This document shows, piece after piece, positions 41,220 to 52,190 of a stretch of 64,000 nucleotides of DNA. The position numbers and the translations under genes are program-made. The DNA is taken from the NCBI GenBank assembly GCA_964016885.1, contig OZ024743.1, positions 30,008,001-30,072,000 of the forward strand, given 5' to 3'. The notes under the pieces were generated by a model that had not been told where the DNA came from, did not search any database, and saw nothing but the letters and a program-made list of their open reading frames with translations. The first letter of the stretch is position 1. Each line of letters starts with the position of its first letter. This DNA comes from Eledone cirrhosa (taxonomy: Eukaryota).

Positions 41220-41366
<147 letters not shown>

Positions 41367-41371
41367 GTATG

Positions 41372-41422
<51 letters not shown>

Positions 41423-41638
41423 GTATGTATATATATATGTATATATATATGTGTTTGTGTATATATTGTATCTGTATTATTTTTGACCGTCGGTCAGTCA
41501 ATGGCAACATTGAGGACCGAGTATATTAGATTACTGATATAAAAGACACAGAAGCGAAAAGCGAAAACCAACCAAACAGTGAGTGTGTTCTGTTATTAAT
41601 TTTGGCAATATTACACAAATATGACCCTCCCCAAGTAT

Positions 41639-41691
<53 letters not shown>

Positions 41692-41705
41692 TAGGAACCA
41701 GTAAG

Positions 41706-41799
41706 ACCCCGACGGCTGAGCTCAAGCCGTTTCGACGTCTAATTCTGGACTAAATGAAAATTTATCCTGGTATTTAAATAGCCCATCTTCTCAAGGGGT
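41706..41799 (-). ncRNA. Hammerhead, U3:A8 variant (family H1), with helix II mismatches
   Basis: Reverse complement of the 42693-42786 motif with two substitutions. Confidence 0.65.
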
Positions 41800-42692
41800 A
41801 ATTCCATATATGGTCAAAGTGATTGTCAAAAATCAGTAGTAATTCTGTGATTGCAAATTAGTAGGGGAGATGGTGGCTAAACTTGCCAGTAGAGAAAGAG
41901 CGGAGGGGGGGTGTAGACCCAATCAAGCGTTGGTAGTGCCAGCTACAGCTGGGCATGAGGTCAAAGAAGATACTGGGGAGGGGAGGGGGAGGAAGTCGGA
42001 ACGGTAGGTAGAACAATGGGGGGTAAAAGTAGCTTGTAGCTTGTTTTAGATCTTTTAGAGTTAGCATTAGTATATATTTTTTTCGGGACTCAGAATTATT
42101 ATCTCGTACTAGTTCACTTTGCTGCACTGGGTGGTTGCTGGCATTGTGCCCACGATAGAAACCTTTAATATTTATTTCGTGGTAGTCTCTTTAGTATTTT
42201 GGCCCCATTTGTTGACCCGTCACCGTATCATTTACGTACTTATACCTCTTAATAGGGGCCTTGCCTATTCCGTCCCACCTAGTTCGTTTACTTATTTCGT
42301 TATTTCTTTATTTCTTTCTTTACTTCTTTCTTTCTTTCTTTATTTATTTATTCTAGCCTAACAATAGCTAGAGACCTAGATCGTAGAACTTGCTTTACTT
42401 TTTTCTTTATATTTATCCGCTTTTCTTCACTCTCAGTATTTTTTTTCTTTCTCTATATATTTTTACCCCCCATTGTTCTACCTACCGTTCCGACTTCCTC
42501 CCCCTCCCCCTCCCCAGTTTCTTCTTTGACCTCATGCCCAGCTGTAGCTGGCACTACCAACGCTTGATTGGGTCTACTCCACCCCCTCCCCTCTTTCTCC
42601 TACTGGTAAGTTTAGCCACCATCTCCCCTACTAATTTGCAACCACAGAATTACTACTGATTTTTGACAATCACTTTGACCATATATGGAATT

Positions 42693-42786
42693 ACCCCTTG
42701 AGAAGATCGGCTATTTAAATACCAGGATAAATTTTCATTTAGTCCAGAATTAGCCGTCGAAACGGCTTGAGCTCAGCCGTCGGGGT
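42693..42786 (+). ncRNA. Hammerhead, U3:A8 variant (family H1), best-preserved copy
   Basis: acccc-TTGAGAA-gatcggcta..tagccgtc-GAAA-cggct tgagctc agccg-TC-ggggt. Predicted cleavage after C42781. Confidence 0.78.
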
Positions 42787-42985
42787 CTTACTGGTTCCTA
42801 TTACCCACTCTACTACCCCAAGTATTGAGTACTTTGGTGCGTTATGGTCCACCTGGTTCCTTACCACATTTCCTTCGTTATATATATGTTTATATATATA
42901 TATGTATGTATATATAAATATATATATATATGTATGCATATATATGTATGTATATATATATGTATATATATATGTATGTATATAC

Positions 42986-43022
<37 letters not shown>

Positions 43023-43153
43023 TATGTATATCTATGTATATATATATGTATGTATGTATGTATATATATATATATATATGTATATATATAGATATATATG
43101 TATATATATATATCTATATATATATACATATATATACATATATATACATATAT

Positions 43154-43255
<102 letters not shown>

Positions 43256-43438
43256 AAAGAGAGGTGAAATCGAAAATGCAACTGGAGTCTTATTTTTAAA
43301 AAAAATATATATATTAATTTGGTTCCTTTACCGGTTTCACAGTTCTTCTGCTTTTCAAAATGTGAGTTGAGATGGAGGGTCTGTGGTTTTTCTCACATCT
43401 CTCTCTATATATATGTACATATACATACATATATATAT

Positions 43439-43516
<78 letters not shown>

Positions 43517-43920
43517 TCCTAGTTAGAATTTTAGTCTACGACTTCTGCTATACCATTTACGTGGCTTTGTCTTTGCGTGCTATTGTTTTCCACGCTCCAC
43601 ATATGACTTATTATCTTCGTTTTTTCGTTCATTGCCAGAGTACGTCTCTATGCACCACCTAAGAGAACATTAGTCTACGACCTCTATTATACCATAAACG
43701 TGGTTCTGTCTTTGCGCGTAATTGTTTTTCACCGCTCCTATTAATGACGTATTATTCGTTTTTTCCCGTTCTTTGCCAGCGAACGTTTCCACGAACGAAA
43801 GTATCGGTTGAAACGTTTTTTGAAATGTCCAGTTCTGCGTTTACAGATTGACTTTGTTAGTTTCAGAATATCCCGTTAAGGGTAAAAGCAGCGATTCTTT
43901 GCTTAAACTTTAATCTGTTA

Positions 43921-44008
<88 letters not shown>

Positions 44009-44434
44009 TATATTTAGTAAAATAACAGATTAAAGTTTAAGCAAAGAATCGCTGCTTTCACCCTTAACGGGATCTTCTGAAACTAACAAAGTCAATCTGT
44101 AGACGCAAAAGTGGATATTTCAAAAAACGTTGCAACCGGAGGAAGACAGTGAGATGATACTTTGGTTCGTGGAAACGTTCGCTGGCAAAGAACGGGGAAA
44201 AACGAATATATTACGTCATTAATAGGAGCGGTGAAAAACAATTACGCGCAAAGACAGAACCACGTTTATGGTATAAAAGAGGTCGTAGACTAATGTTCTC
44301 TTAGGTGGTTCATAGAGACGTTCTCTGGCAATGAACGAAAAAAAACGAAGATAATACGTGGAGAACAATAGCACGCCAAGACAAAACCACGTAAATGGTA
44401 TAGCAGAAGTCGTAGACTAAAATTCTAACTAGGA
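43517..44434. repeat. ~410 bp-arm inverted repeat centred on (TA)n
   Basis: 43517-43926 is inverted relative to 44016-44434, with scattered substitutions and indels. Confidence 0.88.
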
Positions 44435-44879
44435 GACAATGAATCTCCGCTACAGAGTTAGGAACAAAGTAAATAAATACAATACAGAAGTAATAGAAAT
44501 AAATAAATACATACACTCAAACAAATACGTACATACACAAGCATACGCAAAACACTTACCATAGGTATACAAAGCCAAGCACATATAAATATGTGTGTGT
44601 GTGTGTATGCGTGTATACAAATAAATAAATAATTATATAAACGTATATAAATAAATAAATACGTATATAACAAGCGCACACACACATATATATATACACA
44701 CACACATATATATACGGCACCAAACCTTGAAGCATACATAAAAAAACTTAACTTAAGGCAATTAAACAACTCTACAAAACAAAACATGTTAGTAACAGAT
44801 GGGCAGAACGCAATATCTGCCTCCCAACCACTAAATGGGAGACGGGTGTTACGCAACCCACCTGTACCGCTATCACAAC

Positions 44880-45330
44880 CTATCCATGGTATACCCGCTA
44901 CCCACAACAAAGAATGTAACTGCCATCTACCTGAGAGATGTCCATTGAAGAATGAATGCCTAAAGTCCAACATTGTTTACCAATTCACGGTTGAAACCAG
45001 AAATGGTATTATATCGGATCTACCACCACATCGTTTAAATCTCGCTGGTACCGTCATCGATTCTCAATCAAACATCCGAATCACCGTTTTGTGACCACGC
45101 TCGCCAACAAGACCTGGCAACTCCGTGAACACAACCAATAGTTCACCTTAAAATGGGATATACTTTCCAGCGCAAGTGCATATCGGAGTGGATTAAAGTA
45201 CTGCAGGTTATGTAACCTTGAGCTCTTTTACATATTAAAATCCCAAAACAAACTACTTAACGATAGAATTGAACGATCATTATACTGCAACCGCAAACTA
45301 AAAGCTAAATTCTCTCACCATAAAATAACT
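44880..45330 (+). pseudogene. PLE GIY-YIG endonuclease remnant with a CNC..CPL..CL linker
   Basis: KECNCHLPERCPLKNECLKSNIVYQ, then in a shifted frame YYIGST..FKSRWYRH..LKWDIL..CRLCNLE. Confidence 0.8.
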
Positions 45331-45827
45331 TAACATTCGAACCCGTAACTATAACACCGCTTTCTAGCTAACAACCTTCTCTCCCCCCCCACACTACAAG
45401 ACAATACACTGCTTATCACTATACATGGTAACTCAGTGCAATTCCTAGATTACTACTACAAACCCAAAGTTCACTCACCACACAAACTTCGTCTGTCCCC
45501 TCTCTACCTATCTCTCTCTACATCCATTACACACTCTCTCTCTCGCCTTTGGCCTACCTCCCTCTCAACATCTATGAACCTGCCCTCTGGGGCAATAAAT
45601 AATTCCGACCTTAACTATCAACGCATCTCTCCAATAGTAACCAGTATAATAAAACACCTACCATAACATTTTGATTAAGATATCTACAAGCCACTCTCTC
45701 CTACTTCTCCAACCCCTGCATATCTTTCTTTCTCTCTCCCTCTTCCCTACTTTTCTCTCTTCCTTTTCTACTCTATCTTCCCCAACAACCCCACTTAAGG
45801 GTATTTACATTGTACATTTTACCATTC

Positions 45828-45939
45828 TGCTCTGAGGAAACAGTGGTCACAGCATTGGATATTTGAGTTCTGCAAGTACTTGTGAATTTGCACGTAGCAT
45901 AACTAGGCTGCAGTACCACCGTGGAAACACTTGTAAGCA
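45828..45939 (+). ncRNA. Type I hammerhead with a long stem-II insert, in the 3' region of the PLE remnant
   Basis: tgct-CTGAGGA-aacagtggt..accaccgtg-GAAA-ca ct tg-TA-agca, followed by AATAAA and (TA)n. Confidence 0.72.
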
Positions 45940-45985
45940 CACGGAATAAATTACCTTTTTATGATGTCTGACTGTTATTATTCAT

Positions 45986-46690
<705 letters not shown>

Positions 46691-46691
46691 T

Positions 46692-48076
46692 GTAGGAGGT
46701 GAGTTTTATTGTAGTACAATAAAGCAATGCAGATATCGGATAAGAAGCACTCTACAGTTTGTAGGACTGGAGTATACATAATATATTAGATCAAAAGATG
46801 GTTAAAAGAGTTCCATGTATTTCATTATGCGTATTTCAACATGTTCCTCGAAAGACAAAAATATTAAATATAACATCTCTTGGAAAACGGTTTCTTCTGC
46901 TTCGACATACTTGAACAGTTCTCTATCCAAGACTTGCAATCTCTGTCTAAATGAAAAATTTACCATTATATCTAATTTAGATTCTATAATAAATAGACGC
47001 ACTGACTTGTTTTCTCTCTGCTTGCATAAATTCCACAGAACATTCCATAAAGTATACAGCTAATATCCAATACTTTATCAATTTAGAATCCTTTTCTCAA
47101 AGGCACATATATATATATATATATACTTCTTTAAAAATATACCCATCTTTCTACCTTATTTCAAATATATTTATTATACATTATATAATATTTGTTACTC
47201 ATTCTATATCACTCCTATTTATCACTTCCCTTTCTTCCTTTTCCTTTTCTTTTCTTTTTCTTTTAATTTCTAACCCCTAATCTGTACCTTTTCTCACTGT
47301 GCCTAACATAGAAACAATGATTACACAATACAATATATTCTTACTTTATATCACCTTGAAAAAATGCTTCGTAAACATAAACATTTTTTTTTGACGTTAG
47401 ATTATTCATCCTCAATTTATTATTTTTTTCTCCCTTTCATCTAACTTACTCATGCTCATACCACAGTGTATCCTTACTTACATTACTTGTGTTTTTTTTT
47501 TATAATACATATCAACATTTTCTTTCCATCGCACATATTATTAAACCCTTAAATATTATTCTTAATACATATTAACATTTTCTTTTTCATCACACATATT
47601 ATTAAACCTTTCAATATACAAACCTTAACTTTACATTATTTTTTTCTCTTCGTTAATTTTCAAATTCTTTTAATTTATACATTATCTTCCAACGGTTTTT
47701 CAACCTCTCTATGTAAAACAATATATTTTTCTCAGTTATAAAAGCTATCTCTCTCTCTCTCTATCACCCATCTCTCCTCCTATCTCATCATTCCTCCTTA
47801 TACTCCTCCCCCTCCACTTTTTACTCTCATCTCCTTCTCTTTTTCACCCCCCCTCCCCTCAACAATTTTTTTTCCAAATATCACAAATCAATCTAAAACT
47901 ACTTTTTATATGTTGATTTAAAACTGCATTATTCACAAGTGTTTTTTAACCTTCATATCATGTCTTCCTATTTTATCTGATGAAAACACAAATATTATTG
48001 CATGATGATATTTGTTTTTGAAATTCGCATAATAAAATACATGGAACTCTTTTAACCATCTTTTGATCTTATATAT

Positions 48077-48077
<1 letters not shown>
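46692..48077. mobile_element. PLE family H2: inverted tail, GIY-YIG C-terminal remnant, 3' UTR and hammerhead
   Basis: 46780-46840 is inverted relative to 48015-48077. ORF 46815-47063 reads YNISWK..CNLCLNEK..INRRTDLFSLCLH. A hammerhead lies at 47972-48036 (+). Confidence 0.82.
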
Positions 48078-48130
<53 letters not shown>

Positions 48131-48141
48131 CATACATAAAT

Positions 48142-48208
<67 letters not shown>

Positions 48209-48251
48209 CATATATATCCATCTATATATACATACATATATACATATATAT

Positions 48252-48283
<32 letters not shown>

Positions 48284-48284
48284 A

Positions 48285-48652
48285 AGGTGGCTGCCAGCTC
48301 GTTTTCGAGTACGGCCACTACTTTATAAATATGTAGGTGAACCCCTACCGATGCGCTGAACGAGTGTGACTTTTTAGTCCAGCCAGCGACTTGAAAACTC
48401 TGGTACAAACACTACACTTGTGACAATTATTGACACATAGTGCTGGGCCCATGGTACAATGTGAAGACAAGTGCAGAGACATCTCCAGATATAAAGCAAT
48501 GCCTGTGCCGTGAAGCTTTTATAGTGAGCAAAGGCACTGCACAAAGCCAGTCCCACTCTGTTAACCAAGATGATATTTACCAAAAATAAGAACAAGCCAA
48601 CATCATTGGATACCATCAGAATTTCAGGTGCTATATCAGAGTTTTCCTTCTC
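48285..48652 (-). mobile_element. Non-autonomous RTE-derived element, 5'-truncated
   Basis: Reverse-complement match to 39900-40271. Confidence 0.78.
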
Positions 48653-48680
48653 CATATATATACTTATATATAAATATCTC

Positions 48681-48806
<126 letters not shown>

Positions 48807-49138
48807 TATATTCACATATATATCTACATATATATACACATACACATATACACATATAGATACATATAAATTATAGCTTTAAAGAATTAGCTTTTAATGA
48901 ATTCCCTTTTTTTTTTATCAACCAATGACCCCTACCCATCCAATTCCCCACCTTCTCCTACCACCAGAAAAGACCTATAAATACGACAATTTTTTTTGGA
49001 CAGCCAGATTCCTGATGATTTCTAGAGAATAAAACAGTTCCGTCCTGTAAAATCTCATCTATATTAAAACTGTTATACTCTACTTTATATTGAGTACCTT
49101 ACTTACTGTGGTTACCTCCGATTCAACCCTGAATAACG

Positions 49139-49175
<37 letters not shown>

Positions 49176-49343
49176 CCATATACACATATACATGTATGTA
49201 TTTACACACACACACACATACAAACACACACACATATACACACACACATACATATATACACACACACACACACACACATATCTATATATAGTCTCTACCC
49301 CACTCCCCTACACACCCTTGGAACTCTCTTCCCACACACTTTT

Positions 49344-49376
49344 CGCCTGAAGAAGGGCTTTTGCCCGAAACGTCGT
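49344..49376 (+). ncRNA. Minimal hammerhead motif with degenerate helix I
   Basis: CTGAAGA-agggc tttt gccc-GAAA-cg-TC, with AATAAA about 40 nt downstream. Confidence 0.65.
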
Positions 49377-49478
49377 TCACCACCGCCACCCCACTCTCAA
49401 GAGCGTGAAACTAATAAACCTTTGTTCGTACTGCCTCTCTGTTTTGTTCCCGTTCCATTTTTCACTATATATATATAT

Positions 49479-49515
<37 letters not shown>

Positions 49516-49640
49516 ACAGAATTGAATGAATAACTTCACCGTACCTTTTGACTACAGAAAATAGTCTAATCATAATTTATTTATTTTTTGTACTGGGGGC
49601 TGATACGCACTGTTATTATCAGAGTAGATTCTGTAGCCAC

Positions 49641-49776
49641 AAATTCAATTCAATTATCAAATACCTCCGATAGCATCAAATCACCTGATGGTGTTGTATA
49701 TATATATGCATAAATATATATGTGCATATATATATATATATATATGCATATATATGTATATATATATATATATATA

Positions 49777-49850
<74 letters not shown>

Positions 49851-49922
49851 CATACATACATACACACGCACGTATATATATATATATATATATATACGTG
49901 TGTGTGTATGTATGTATGTATG

Positions 49923-49970
<48 letters not shown>

Positions 49971-50084
49971 TATATACATATATATGCATATATATATGTA
50001 TATATATGCACATATATATTTATGCATATATATATATAACACCATCAGGTGATTTGATGCTATCGGGGGTTTTGAATTGAATTT
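49641..50084. repeat. Palindrome that includes compound microsatellite, centred on (TA)n near 49883
   Basis: ccgatagcatcaaatcacctgatggtgtt / aacaccatcaggtgatttgatgctatcgg, with mirrored microsatellite interruptions. Confidence 0.85.
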
Positions 50085-50097
50085 ATATATATTTATA

Positions 50098-50179
<82 letters not shown>

Positions 50180-50339
50180 TATATCTAAAATAGTCATCAG
50201 AAATAGTTATCTTGATGATTACATTTGAAGGAAACAGTTCTAGTCCCGTTGAAACCATTTCTATATTATGATGTTTACATTCTACGAATGTATTGAGTAC
50301 CTTACTAACTCTCGTTACCCCCGCTCACCTGTGACTCGC

Positions 50340-50419
<80 letters not shown>

Positions 50420-50462
50420 AAGTTAAATAAAATCAAATGATGAAAATTTAGCTTCGTTTATT

Positions 50463-50517
50463 ACTGCTATATATATTTCAGTGACAGCCATCTTTGGCTG
50501 TGACCTCTTCAGGCAGT
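50463..50517 (-). ncRNA. Canonical type I hammerhead ribozyme
   Basis: Minus strand: actgc-CTGAAGA-ggtcacagcc aaagat ggctgtcact-GAAA-tatata-TA-gcagt, followed by AATAAA. Confidence 0.85.
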
Positions 50518-50520
50518 TTG

Positions 50521-50744
50521 AATTAGTATGGTATAGACAAGTACATATATTGCTTAGGTGTATAATATTGTCAATACTCTGATATGCCCAGTTCCTTGTT
50601 GGGTTGTTAATTCACTGAGGAACTGCAGTCATATGACTCCAGTTCCTCTGTGAATTAACAACCCAACAAGGAACTGGGCATAGCAGAGTATTGACAATAT
50701 TATACACCTAAACAACATATGTACTTGTCTATACCATACTAATT
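50521..50744. repeat. ~105 bp-arm hairpin next to the hammerhead; a ~31 bp tandem duplication follows (50762-50823)
   Basis: aattagtatggtatagacaag..gaggaactg / cagttcctc..cttgtctataccatactaatt. Confidence 0.88.
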
Positions 50745-50863
50745 AACTTTATTTTACACTACTCCAACCTGCGCACCTCGTCGAGTGCTCCAAACCAACC
50801 TGCGCACCTCGTCGAGTGCTCCAGCCTGCATACTGAGGTGTTGGTATACAACCAACATAAACT

Positions 50864-50931
<68 letters not shown>

Positions 50932-51160
50932 TATATTGAGTTATAAACTCAAAATAGTCTTTCCCAATTGATGCGAAACAGATTTAGAATCTGTGAGGGT
51001 ATCAACGGCGATTGCCGAATATAGGTTTGTTATTTTTATTGATTTATTACTTTAAATCGAGACAGCAAACCATATTATTTTAAATTAGTATTTTTCAACC
51101 TAGCTATCTTGGTCATTTATAATTCGAACACATGTATATTTGTATCAGATTATACATTTC

Positions 51161-52190
51161 TTATATATAAAGTGGAGGTCTTTGAAAAGGGTATTTCTTG
51201 CTAATAAGTGTTTTTATGAAGGTACCTGGTCTTTCTACTATCTTGATATTGAGTTTATGTTTATCTAGGGCCCTTCTAAATTTGTAAGCTAATTCATCTC
51301 TAGGGGTTGTATCGATGAACATTACACTCTGGTATTTATTGCTATCATACCATGAGTTTATTCTATTAGCCTTATTCCTAGTTCTTTCTATTCTATTCCA
51401 AAATTTGCTCCTATACAAGGGGTAGGTCCCATTTGTGTCATTATTTGTCATTTTTTCCCATTTGGTTCTGGCTCCTCTATACACTCTGATTTTATCTCTC
51501 TGATTGTAACCAGAGAACTGCATACGGTGAATGAAGTGTTGTATGTGTCTATCTAGTTATTCGGGGTTGCACATGCGGGACACGTTTCTCATCACCCGTA
51601 CCAAATCCGCAATCAGTATCTTGATTTTGGTATGGTCCGAAACAGCTGAGTTTCGGTGGATCAGATATTTGGAAGTCATGGGTTTGGCATAATGGGAATG
51701 GAGGATTTGTTTTTTGTTATTAATGGTTTCTAACCAGAGCTCTGTATCTAGTACAGGTAATCGATGGTTGGGGTGTTTGCTTGGGTAGTCTATAGTAACT
51801 CTAATACTCTGGTGGATGGAGTTAGCTATTTGCTGGATGCTTTCCATTGTGTTTTTCTCTAATTCCTCATTGTTCTCTAGTGGGGGTGTTTTAACTACGA
51901 TGTTTATATCATCAACGTAGCGGGAGTACATTATCAGGCTTAAGGGGTCTTGTAATTGTTCATTAAGTTTAAGTTTAAGTCTACTGTCCCACCATAACAT
52001 GAATAAGTTAGCTATGTCGCCTGCAATGCTAATACCAATGGCTGCTCCCTCCTCTTGGGGATATGTTTTTCCATTAAATGTGAACATATGTTCCTTAAGG
52101 GTTGATTTTATGCTGGCCCCCACCGCATGTGCAATCATTTCTTTAGTTCATCGTGGATTTCGGGGGTCCGTATAGCTCTGGTCCACCCGT
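51161..52190 (-). pseudogene. Penelope-like RT (palm and thumb) fragment, possibly Naiad/Chlamys-type
   Basis: FTFNGKTYPQEEGAAIGISIAGDIANLFMLWWD, RYVDD, LPVLD, HYAKPM..IHRNSA, MQFSGY. The clade assignment is tentative. Confidence 0.8.

Larger units (their letters stand above)
41693..42880. mobile_element. Fold-back PLE-like unit, family H1 (second large copy)
   Basis: 41693-42028 is inverted relative to 42461-42800, with an extra tail to 42880. Very similar to 5129-5975. Confidence 0.82.

Noticed and set aside
50762-50823. CRISPR-like repeat
   Set aside because: Only two adjacent ~31 bp copies with no spacer, in a eukaryotic context with no cas genes.
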